Positions 19,406 to 25,598 of a stretch of DNA of 64,000 nucleotides are shown one piece after another (position 1 is the stretch's first letter; each line of letters begins with the position of its first letter). The position numbers and the translations under genes are program-made. The stretch is taken from IMG/VR virus record IMGVR_UViG_3300037840_000227, positions 1 through 64,000 of that record. One strand, written 5' to 3'. This DNA is from a virus. A model generated the notes under the pieces. That model did no database searches and was not told the DNA's origin. It saw nothing but the letters and a program-made list of their open reading frames with translations.

Positions 19406-20506
19406 ATGGCAGAGGCAATCGAAGGGCGTCCCGGCGAACAGCCGGCTCCCGTTAACCCAATGGATGGAGGCGCGCCGCCGTCGTCGCCGCCGCCGCCTGA
19501 TCCGACACCTCCTGCGCCGCCTGCGACTCCCCCTGCGCCCACTCCGCCTACTGGAGGGCCAACTCCGACGCCCGAGCCGGCTGCCCCGCCAGTAACCGGC
19601 CCAGGGCCGCCGCCACTACCGCCCGAGCCGCCAAAGAAGACGCTCGCCACGACGCCGCCTGATCCGAACGCGCCGCCGCCGGCGGTTCCGGCCGACTGGC
19701 CCGCCGACTGGCGCGAGAAAATGGCCTCCACGATCGGCGGCCCGGACACCAAGACGATCCTCGAGCGCCTCAAGCGCTTCGATTCGCCAGCCGACGTCGT
19801 CAAGTCGTGGCGCGCGCTCGAATCGCGCCTGTCGTCCGGCGATTTGAAGAAGGCCCTCCCCAACAACTACACCCCGGAGGAGCTACAGGAATACCGGAAG
19901 TCTCATGGCATCCCGGACACCCCTGACGGCTATTCGACGGATATCGGCGGCGGCTGGGTTTGGGGCGACAATGACAAGGACACGCTGAAGTCTTTCACGA
20001 CATTCGCGCATGAAAACAACATGCCGCCGAATATCGTGCAGGACGCGCTGCGTTGGTTTGCCCAGGAGCAACAGCAATCCGTCGATCGCCTGGCGAATCA
20101 GGATGTAACCGACACCCAGCGCGGCGAGGCCGATCTGCGCGCCAAGTGGGGTGCGGAATTTCAGAAGCGCTACACCGCGGCGCAGAACTACCTCGCGGGC
20201 TCCGGCCTCTGGAACGAAATCATCGAGGCTCGCGGCCGCGATGGTAAGCTGATCGGCAACCGGACGGATTTCATGGAAATGATCGCCCAGATGGGCCTCG
20301 CGGCCAATCCATGGGGCGCTCTCGTTCTCCCGGACAATGCGGATCCGGCGAAGTCCGTCGATGATCGTGTCGCCGAGCTCGACAAGATGATGCGCGACAA
20401 GGGCAGCGAATACTGGCGCGGCCCCAAGTCTCCCGCCATCCAGCAGGAGTATCGCGATCTCATCGACGCCCAGATTAAAATGGGCAAGAGGCCGGTTGCG
20501 GCTTAA
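19406..20506 (+). CDS. Capsid scaffolding/assembly protein
   Basis: Pro-rich N-terminus; WPADWRE, GIPDTPDGY, LRAKWG motifs; position in head module. Confidence 0.8.
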   Translation: MAEAIEGRPGEQPAPVNPMDGGAPPSSPPPPDPTPPAPPATPPAPTPPTGGPTPTPEPAAPPVTGPGPPPLPPEPPKKTLATTPPDPNAPPPAVPADWPADWREKMASTIGGPDTKTILERLKRFDSPADVVKSWRALESRLSSGDLKKALPNNYTPEELQEYRKSHGIPDTPDGYSTDIGGGWVWGDNDKDTLKSFTTFAHENNMPPNIVQDALRWFAQEQQQSVDRLANQDVTDTQRGEADLRAKWGAEFQKRYTAAQNYLAGSGLWNEIIEARGRDGKLIGNRTDFMEMIAQMGLAANPWGALVLPDNADPAKSVDDRVAELDKMMRDKGSEYWRGPKSPAIQQEYRDLIDAQIKMGKRPVAA

Positions 20507-20525
20507 TGAGGCCAATGCTGTAATT

Positions 20526-20555
20526 GGAGGCGGCGTTCACACGCCGCCTCCTTTC
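20526..20555 (+). terminator. Rho-independent terminator
   Basis: 11-bp stem GGAGGCGGCGT/ACGCCGCCTCC followed by TTTC. Confidence 0.65.
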
Positions 20556-20569
20556 ATTTGGAGAGGAAA

Positions 20570-20767
20570 ATGACACCCAATCAGCTACGCGAAGCCGCCG
20601 TTAAGATTTTCGGGACGCGGTATCGATCATCCCTCCCCCGAGCGATCGGGAAAAGTAGATACCAAACGTGGCGATATTTGAATGGAACCACCGAGATACC
20701 GAAATTAGTGGAGATAGTCGTCAAGAGCTGGCTCGAGCATGGAATCTCCAAAGATATTGCAGCATGA
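20570..20767 (+). CDS. Small HTH-like DNA-binding protein
   Basis: MTPNQLRE...FG......LPRAIG.S......YLNG...IPK.V; GAGGA SD. Confidence 0.7.
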   Translation: MTPNQLREAAVKIFGTRYRSSLPRAIGKSRYQTWRYLNGTTEIPKLVEIVVKSWLEHGISKDIAA

Positions 20768-20791
20768 AACATTTCGCTTGATTTAGTCCAT

Positions 20792-20845
20792 TTGACAGTC
20801 TACAGAGCGCCGCTATCTTGAATGCGCTGTTTGACACCTGTGAAT
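20792..20845 (+). promoter_or_regulatory. Putative sigma70 promoter and boxA-like element upstream of the tRNA array
   Basis: TTGACA-16nt-TATCTT followed by GCTGTTTGACACCTGTGAAT. Confidence 0.5.
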
Positions 20846-20898
20846 CGCTAACGTTAACGCGGCTCGCCCGAAAAGAGGCTGGCCGTGTGTAGAAGCTT

Positions 20899-20973
20899 GC
20901 CGCTTAAACTTTGATGGTGAAGCCCGGTCCTGTAAACCGGCGGAACGGTGTTCGAGTCACCGAAGCGGCCCCA
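20899..20973 (+). tRNA. tRNA-Thr(TGT)
   Basis: GCCGCTT/AAGCGGC, loop CCTGTAA (C33), CCA. Confidence 0.75.
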
Positions 20974-20978
20974 TATTT

Positions 20979-21054
20979 GCTGCCTTAGCTCATCAGGTAG
21001 AGCGCCGCTCTCGTAAGGCGGAGGCGCCCGGATCATGGCCGGGAGGCAGCTCCA
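20979..21054 (+). tRNA. tRNA-Thr(CGT)
   Basis: GCTGCCT/AGGCAGC, loop CTCGTAA, CCA. Confidence 0.8.
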
Positions 21055-21059
21055 GTTTC

Positions 21060-21133
21060 GCCCTTGTCCTTCAACGACAGGAGAGCGCTTTGGTATAGCG
21101 TCAATCGAGGTTTGATTCCTCGCAGGGGCACCA
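21060..21133 (+). tRNA. tRNA-Thr(GGT)
   Basis: GCCCTTG/CAGGGGC, loop TTGGTAT, ACCA. Confidence 0.75.
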
Positions 21134-21138
21134 TCTTT

Positions 21139-21212
21139 GGCGCTGTAGCCCAATTGGTAGAGGCATCTCGCTCAGACCGAGAAGGATCCGAGTTCGAATC
21201 TCGGCAGCGCTA
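21139..21212 (+). tRNA. tRNA-Leu(CAG), short variable loop
   Basis: GGCGCTG/CAGCGCT, loop CTCAGAC, no encoded CCA. Confidence 0.85.
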
Positions 21213-21213
21213 C

Positions 21214-21290
21214 GCGGGTGTAGGCAAATCGGCAAAGCCGCCTGCCTCAAAATCAGGTGTTTCGAGATTCGAGTTCTCGCATCCGCACCA
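21214..21290 (+). tRNA. tRNA-Leu(CAA), short variable loop
   Basis: GCGGGTG/CATCCGC, loop CTCAAAA, ACCA. Confidence 0.8.
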
Positions 21291-21295
21291 AATTC

Positions 21296-21369
21296 GGCCG
21301 CCTAGGCCAACGGTAGAGTCGGGAGATTTAAATCCTCCTTCAGTGCGCGTTCGAATCGCGCGGCGGCTA
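21296..21369 (+). tRNA. tRNA-Leu(TAA), short variable loop
   Basis: GGCCGCC/GGCGGCT, loop TTTAAAT; anticodon register slightly ambiguous. Confidence 0.7.
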
Positions 21370-21370
21370 C

Positions 21371-21445
21371 GGGCGGTTAGCTCAGAGGAAGAGCGGGGGT
21401 CCTACAAACCTCAGGTCGGGATTTCGAAATTCTCACCGCCTACCA
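21371..21445 (+). tRNA. tRNA-Val(TAC)
   Basis: GGGCGGT/ACCGCCT, loop CCTACAA (C33), ACCA. Confidence 0.85.
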
Positions 21446-21450
21446 TTCAC

Positions 21451-21524
21451 GGTCACGTAGCTCAGTGGCAGAGCCGGCGCTCGATAAGCGTCTGACGCGA
21501 GTTCGATTCTCGACGTGACTTCCA
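21451..21524 (+). tRNA. tRNA-Ile(GAT)
   Basis: GGTCACG/CGTGACT, loop TCGATAA (C33), CCA. Confidence 0.8.
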
Positions 21525-21571
21525 ATAAGGGAAGGTTCCAGCCATGTGCGAATATCTCAAACGGGTTCTCT

Positions 21572-21666
21572 GGACCCGTGACCGGAGTAGGCCGATCGGC
21601 CCTGACTTTTAATCAGGTGTGGACTTCGGTCCACCATCGCGAGTTCGAATCTCGCCGGGTTCTCCA
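21572..21666 (+). tRNA. tRNA-Lys(TTT) with long variable arm
   Basis: GGACCCG/CGGGTTC, loop CTTTTAA, V-arm GTGGAC-TTCG-GTCCAC. Confidence 0.8.
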
Positions 21667-21669
21667 CTT

Positions 21670-21755
21670 GGACCGGTAGTCAAGCGGCCAACGACAAGAG
21701 ACTCTTAATCTCTCGACGAAAGTCTTCGGGAGTTCGAATCTCCCCCGGTTCGCCA
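21670..21755 (+). tRNA. tRNA-Lys(CTT) with variable arm
   Basis: GGACCGG/CCGGTTC, G73, loop CTCTTAA, V-arm GAC-GAAA-GTC. Confidence 0.85.
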
Positions 21756-21759
21756 ACAC

Positions 21760-21835
21760 GGCGTCGTACCCCAAAGGCAGAGGGAGAGCGTTGAGAACGC
21801 TTTCAGTGGACGTTCAAGTCGTCCCGACGCCACCA
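21760..21835 (+). tRNA. tRNA-Leu(GAG), short variable loop
   Basis: GGCGTCG/CGACGCC, loop TTGAGAA, ACCA. Confidence 0.85.
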
Positions 21836-21839
21836 GTCG

Positions 21840-21914
21840 GGTCCGTTACGCATCCGGTGAAGCGATCCGCCTGTCGAGCGGATGAGGCGGGATCGTCCCC
21901 CGCACGGACCGCCA
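21840..21914 (+). tRNA. tRNA-Asp(GTC)
   Basis: GGTCCGT/ACGGACC, G73, loop CTGTCGA. Confidence 0.8.
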
Positions 21915-21915
21915 T

Positions 21916-21993
21916 CAGGGAGTAGCTTAGCCAGGCGAAAGCGCATGCCTCGGGCGCATGAGACCGGGAGTTCAAATCTCCCCTCCCTGACCA
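21916..21993 (+). tRNA. tRNA-Pro(CGG)
   Basis: CAGGGAG/CTCCCTG, loop CTCGGGC, ACCA. Confidence 0.88.
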
Positions 21994-22020
21994 GTTAGTC
22001 GCAGCAGCAGGAGAAGCAGA

Positions 22021-22257
22021 ATGTTAACGGTAAAGCATGTGGATATAGGCGGTCACGAAAGCATAACGCTGGCGGAGACCGTCATTTTCGATCCCGCGGT
22101 GGGAAAGGACAATGAGTACCCCGCCGGACAAGTTGTCGCCTTTGGCGTGCCAGCGCCGATATCGGACGGCTGTAACCGCTACTCTAGCGGGCGAGTCTTT
22201 GTCATGAATGATTTTGGCAAGACCGTCGCTGTCTATCGGCTACTCGAAACTCGTTAG
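22021..22257 (+). CDS. Hypothetical protein within the tRNA array
   Basis: AGGAG SD; 78 aa ending GRVFVMNDFGKTVAVY. Confidence 0.75.
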   Translation: MLTVKHVDIGGHESITLAETVIFDPAVGKDNEYPAGQVVAFGVPAPISDGCNRYSSGRVFVMNDFGKTVAVYRLLETR

Positions 22258-22334
22258 CCGCGAGCCCGAAAAGTGGAGGGTACCCGCTCATAACGGGTCG
22301 ATTAGCGGGCTCACCCAGCCCGCCGCGGCCACCA
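22256..22334 (+). tRNA. tRNA-Met-type (CAT), degenerate T loop
   Basis: ACCCG-CTCATAA-CGGGT; acceptor with 1:72 mismatch; ACCA. Confidence 0.6.
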
Positions 22335-22346
22335 GTGAGACGTCCC

Positions 22347-22697
22347 ATGCGCACTATTATCAAGTACGTCGAGCGTGCCGATGATCTGCCGCTCCTCCAA
22401 TTCTATATTCACGGCGCTCCCCATCGTCGGATGCACCATCAGACGATTGAGGCCTATCGGAAGGAGCTAGTCGAAGCGGCGCAGAAGGAAAAGATCGTCA
22501 TCCCGATCAAGCATCCGGTTGCGGTATCGGTCCTCTTCATTGATCCTACTTCCATTGACCTCGATAATCTCTTGACTGCCTTGTGGAGAGCAATGGATGG
22601 CAAGGATCATAGGAAGCCGACGGTACTTGCCGACGATGGCTTAATCCACTGGATCGAGAGGACCGGCAAGTACTACCCGCAAGACAAGAAAAAATAG
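22347..22697 (+). CDS. RusA-like Holliday junction resolvase
   Basis: PV.VSV.F......DLDNL.....D......VLADDGLI motif. Confidence 0.65.
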   Translation: MRTIIKYVERADDLPLLQFYIHGAPHRRMHHQTIEAYRKELVEAAQKEKIVIPIKHPVAVSVLFIDPTSIDLDNLLTALWRAMDGKDHRKPTVLADDGLIHWIERTGKYYPQDKKK

Positions 22698-22773
22698 GTT
22701 CTCCTAGCTCAATGGATAGAGCGCCGCCCTCCGAAGGCGGGAGATGGCAGTTCAAGTCTGCCGGAGAACGCCA
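22698..22773 (+). tRNA. tRNA-Arg(CCG)
   Basis: GTTCTCC/GGAGAAC, loop CTCCGAA, GCCA. Confidence 0.88.
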
Positions 22774-22777
22774 ACAT

Positions 22778-22855
22778 GGATGACTAACCGGCCAGGGGCC
22801 GGCGCCGTTTTGAACACGGAAGGACGGGAAACCGGATCGATACGGCGCCCGCAAC
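22778..22855 (+). pseudogene. Chimeric tRNA remnant: 5' half of tRNA-Ser(TGA) joined to an fMet-like 3' end
   Basis: GGATGAC...GCCGT-TTTGAAC-ACGGA then CCG-GATCGATA-CGG-CGCCCGCAAC; acceptor halves do not pair. Confidence 0.5.
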
Positions 22856-22857
22856 AT

Positions 22858-23007
22858 TTCGCAGAGCCGGGAAACGCGTGACAGTTAACCCTGTTCGCCA
22901 TGAGCCCATCAGGACATGGTGCTGGGAAGGCCGTCGTCGGCCGCTGTCAGACCCAGAGACCCGTGTGCTGAGGTACGCGCTGTAATGCACGGCGCTCTGC
23001 GAAACCA
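22858..23007 (+). ncRNA. manA-like structured ncRNA
   Basis: Terminal stem TTCGCAGAGC/GCTCTGCGAA plus ACCA; GCGTGACAG..AACCCTGT and TGGTGCT segments resemble the manA motif as recalled (not searched). Confidence 0.55.
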
Positions 23008-23011
23008 TTTC

Positions 23012-23103
23012 GGGAGACGCAAATAAGACGGGCCGGTGCCCGTGCCTGACTGTAAATCAGGTCCCTATGCGGCGAGGTGTTCAACTCATCCCGTCTCCCA
23101 CCA
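23012..23103 (+). tRNA. tRNA-Tyr(GTA), atypical D arm
   Basis: GGGAGAC(G)/(C)GTCTCCC, loop CTGTAAA, 6-bp D stem, ACCA. Confidence 0.75.
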
Positions 23104-23107
23104 TTCT

Positions 23108-23181
23108 GCGGGTATAGCTCGAAGGTCGAGCAACAGCATGCCATGCTGAAGGCGGGGCTTCGATTGCCCCTACCCGCTCCA
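23108..23181 (+). tRNA. tRNA-Gly(GCC)
   Basis: GCGGGTA/TACCCGC, U73, loop ATGCCAT. Confidence 0.85.
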
Positions 23182-23301
23182 CAAGTACAACAAGGCTCGC
23201 CGCCTCAACAAGCACTTGGCCCGGTGGCCTCGTGATCTTTGCGCCAAGGAAGCCCTTGCGCGTTGCTATCTCGTCATCCGGCCTCAAGCCGGGTGACTTC
23301 T

Positions 23302-23377
23302 GCGCGATAAGTTGATCTGGTGATAACGCTGCGCTGAAGACGCAGAGAGCGAGGTTCGAAACCTCGATCGCGCACCA
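23302..23377 (+). tRNA. tRNA-Phe(GAA)
   Basis: GCGCGAT/ATCGCGC, loop CTGAAGA, ACCA. Confidence 0.85.
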
Positions 23378-23383
23378 TCAATC

Positions 23384-23454
23384 GGGGGACGTGCAGGGCA
23401 CAGCGAACTCTTGCAAAGTTCGCGAGCCCGGATCGTTACCGGGGTCCTCCACCA
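23384..23454 (+). tRNA. tRNA-Ala(TGC), reduced D arm
   Basis: GGGGGAC/GTCCTCC with G3:U70, loop CTTGCAA. Confidence 0.75.
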
Positions 23455-23457
23455 ATT

Positions 23458-23536
23458 CCTAGTCAAGCCAAGCAAGGTGCAGGGCCGAAGCTGTTAACTT
23501 CTGTTTAGCGAGGTTCGATTCCTCGGACTAGGGCCA
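23458..23536 (+). tRNA. tRNA-Asn(GTT)
   Basis: CCTAGTC/GACTAGG, G73, loop CTGTTAA. Confidence 0.8.
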
Positions 23537-23579
23537 GCTTCTCCTTGCGGATTGTTCGAGTCTTGGCTAAGGTAGCCAA

Positions 23580-24116
23580 ATGGCTATGGACTTATCCTCT
23601 GCTGCCGATGTGAATGATAATGGCCGTCTCCGGCGCAAATGGCTCGACAAAAGGAAGAACGCAAAGAAGAATGGAAACGCCTTTCTCCTCTCATTCGAGG
23701 AATACGCAGACCTTCTTCGGGAAGCTGGAATTGTTTCGTCTACAGTCGGGCCTAGTGGCTATCATCTAGCCCGGTATGGCGATAAAGGACCCTATGCGAT
23801 TGGAAATTGCCGGTTTGTCCCTTACATCGTCAATGCTCGAGAAAGGGTTGTTGATGGTGGCGCCGTATCGCGGGGCCTCATTGCCTATTATGCGACGCAT
23901 CCGGGTTCTTTCACCGGTATATCTCATAAAGATAGTACCAAAGCCCTTATCGGCGCAGCGAATTGTGTCAGTCAAGCGGGCGCTAGAAATTCCCAGTTCG
24001 GACGCGCATGGATCACCGATGGTAAAGTCAATAAAAAGATTGATACATCGGAACTATCGTTTTACCTCGATGCTGGATGGCGTCGGGGCCGTACGCTTCC
24101 ATCGTCTATTGGATAG
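23580..24116 (+). CDS. HNH-like/NUMOD3-type homing endonuclease inside the tRNA array
   Basis: LSFEEY...HLARYGDKGPY..GNC; H....K..IG...G..NSQFG..WITDG...GW.RGR. Confidence 0.75.
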   Translation: MAMDLSSAADVNDNGRLRRKWLDKRKNAKKNGNAFLLSFEEYADLLREAGIVSSTVGPSGYHLARYGDKGPYAIGNCRFVPYIVNARERVVDGGAVSRGLIAYYATHPGSFTGISHKDSTKALIGAANCVSQAGARNSQFGRAWITDGKVNKKIDTSELSFYLDAGWRRGRTLPSSIG

Positions 24117-24169
24117 GACACCGCTCTCTCACAGCGGAAATCTCGGGTCAGTACCGAGTGGAAGCGCCA
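24095..24169 (+). tRNA. tRNA-Glu(CTC)
   Basis: GCTTCCA/TGGAAGC, loop CTCTCAC; overlaps the end of the endonuclease ORF. Confidence 0.8.
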
Positions 24170-24170
24170 T

Positions 24171-24253
24171 CCTCGCTTAGCCGGCCCTGGCTACGAACCA
24201 GTGGAACCGTAATGGAGCTGTAAATGGGAGTTCGACCCTCCCAGCGAGGTCCA
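24171..24253 (+). tRNA. Atypical tRNA-Arg(ACG) lacking a canonical D arm
   Basis: CCTCGCT/AGCGAGG, loop CTACGAA, 8-nt 5' linker, 23-nt variable region, normal T arm, CCA. Confidence 0.65.
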
Positions 24254-24259
24254 TGTCAA

Positions 24260-24334
24260 CTGCGCGTAGCTCAATGGTAGAGCTCCGGCCCTGGAAGCCG
24301 GAGGGTGCAGGTTCGAGTCCTGCTGCGCAGACCA
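24260..24334 (+). tRNA. tRNA-Pro(TGG)
   Basis: CTGCGCG/TGCGCAG, loop CCTGGAA (C33), ACCA. Confidence 0.88.
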
Positions 24335-24348
24335 GTCCTCGTCCTCGC

Positions 24349-24425
24349 TGGGGGGTGGCGCAATTAGGCAGCGCAGCGCACTTTGAATGCGAAGGTTGGT
24401 GGTTCGATCCCACCCCCCCCAACCA
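24349..24425 (+). tRNA. tRNA-Gln(TTG)
   Basis: TGGGGGG/CCCCCCA, loop CTTTGAA. Confidence 0.85.
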
Positions 24426-24434
24426 CGTATATGA

Positions 24435-24508
24435 TCCCGGCTAGTTCAGCGATAGAACGCCGTGCTCTGGACACGGAGACTGAGGTTTGAATCCTCGGCT
24501 GGGAGCCA
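24435..24508 (+). tRNA. tRNA-Gln(CTG)
   Basis: TCCCGGC/GCTGGGA, loop CTCTGGA, GCCA. Confidence 0.85.
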
Positions 24509-24513
24509 GCTAC

Positions 24514-24588
24514 GGCGGCATGCCGAGAGCGTCTATCGGCCCCTCTGCAAAAGGGAGTAGCCGGGTTAAACTCCCGGTGCCGCCTCCA
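24514..24588 (+). tRNA. tRNA-Cys(GCA)
   Basis: GGCGGCA/TGCCGCC, U73, loop CTGCAAA. Confidence 0.8.
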
Positions 24589-24592
24589 CTTC

Positions 24593-24667
24593 GGTCGCAT
24601 CAGCCAACAGGACAGGCCGGCGCCTTCTAAGCGCTGAATCGAAGTTCGAGCCTTCGTGCGATCTCCA
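24593..24667 (+). tRNA. tRNA-Arg(TCT)
   Basis: GGTCGCA/TGCGATC, loop CTTCTAA. Confidence 0.82.
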
Positions 24668-24762
24668 CTACTTCCGCGCACCGTAGGGCATGAGAGCCGT
24701 GGACACGGTGCGCTCTAAGAGCGCCTGATCGTCGTGCTCGAAGAAAGGACGATCGCCACTTC

Positions 24763-24839
24763 GGTCCAGAGGCGCTATTGGATGGCGCGCCCGTTTCCTA
24801 AACGGGAGGATGCGAGTTCGAGTCTCGCCTGGATCACCA
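24763..24839 (+). tRNA. tRNA-Arg(CCT)
   Basis: GGTCCAG/CTGGATC, loop TTCCTAA, ACCA. Confidence 0.85.
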
Positions 24840-24842
24840 TTT

Positions 24843-24932
24843 GGAGATGACAAGCCGGGGGGATCCGGCGGCGGGTTGCTAACCCGAACGGGCCCGCAAG
24901 GGCTTGGGGATCGTATCCCCGTGTCTCCGCCA
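24843..24932 (+). tRNA. tRNA-Ser(GCT)
   Basis: GGAGATG/TGTCTCC, G73, loop TTGCTAA, long V arm. Confidence 0.8.
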
Positions 24933-24936
24933 TCTC

Positions 24937-25011
24937 GCGGGCTTGGGTCATTGGTTGATCGTCAGGCTTCCAACCTGTTCCAAGGGAGTTCGATTCTCCC
25001 AGCTCGCTCCA
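24937..25011 (+). tRNA. tRNA-Gly(TCC)
   Basis: GCGGGCT/AGCTCGC, U73, loop CTTCCAA. Confidence 0.82.
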
Positions 25012-25012
25012 T

Positions 25013-25087
25013 CCCCCCTTCGACTAACGATCAAGTCAACGCCCTTTCACGGCGTTAACGCGGGGTGAGCACCCGCAGGGGGGTCCA
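25013..25087 (+). tRNA. tRNA-Glu(TTC)
   Basis: CCCCCCT/AGGGGGG, loop CTTTCAC, CCA. Confidence 0.75.
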
Positions 25088-25110
25088 AACTATCTTTGGG
25101 AGAGTGACGA

Positions 25111-25290
25111 ATGAACCTCTTTTGGCACCCAACTGGGCCTTCCCTCAGATACGAGAGGGGGGTTCTCTACATCTCTGACCTTAATCCAGAGATTCATACG
25201 AAGTGGCGTATGAGTCGATCGGAGATGTTTTGGCTTGGTATAAAATCACTTCTTTCGGCGATTCGTCCGGCGACGGCCGCGGTCTCATAA
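25111..25290 (+). CDS. Small hypothetical protein (59 aa) in the tRNA array
   Basis: GGAGA SD; MNLFWHPTGPSLRYERG...; 3' end overlaps the next tRNA. Confidence 0.5.
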   Translation: MNLFWHPTGPSLRYERGVLYISDLNPEIHTKWRMSRSEMFWLGIKSLLSAIRPATAAVS

Positions 25291-25327
25291 GCCGCGCAGG
25301 CGCGATCGACACGCGCATTCGCCTCCA
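25257..25327 (+). tRNA. tRNA-Met/Ile2(CAT)
   Basis: GGCGATT/ATTCGCC, GCGGT-CTCATAA-GCCGC, CCA. Confidence 0.65.
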
Positions 25328-25328
25328 T

Positions 25329-25405
25329 GCAAGCGATGCTCGACGGCAATGAGCGGCGCGACTGTGAATCGCGAGGAGCCCGTCCGACTCGGGCCGCTTG
25401 TACCA
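25329..25405 (+). tRNA. tRNA-His(GTG), alphaproteobacterial type (no G-1, G1:U72, A73)
   Basis: GCAAGCG/CGCTTGT-A-CCA, loop CTGTGAA. Confidence 0.78.
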
Positions 25406-25409
25406 ATTT

Positions 25410-25481
25410 AGGGGTGAGCGTAGGACGCGGCCAGGTCTCCAAAACCTTCGTCAGAGGGATCGTTACCCTACACCCCTGCCA
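25410..25481 (+). tRNA. tRNA-Trp(CCA)
   Basis: AGGGGTG/CACCCCT, G73, loop CTCCAAA. Confidence 0.78.
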
Positions 25482-25598
25482 TTTCGACGTTGGCGATTAA
25501 CGGTGAAACTTCCCATCGCCCATGCTATGAATCAAACGGAGCCGCCGGTCGGTTGCACGGCCTGCGGCTCCTAACCCTTGACCCGTAGCACCCGAGCC

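Larger units (their letters stand above)
20899..25481 (+). other. tRNA array (~35 tRNA genes, all 20 amino acids)
   Basis: Tandem cloverleaves with acceptor stems, T arms and mostly encoded CCA; see individual entries. Confidence 0.92.

Noticed and set aside
20854-21495. ORFs 20854-21153, 21064-21495 and similar ORFs called across 22.5-25.4 kb
   Set aside because: They overlap clear tRNA cloverleaves and have no protein-like features
22858-23007. tmRNA, SRP RNA, Y RNA or hammerhead identity for the structured RNA
   Set aside because: No T-arm/acceptor mimic, no SRP domain IV motif and no complete CUGAnGA/GAAA core
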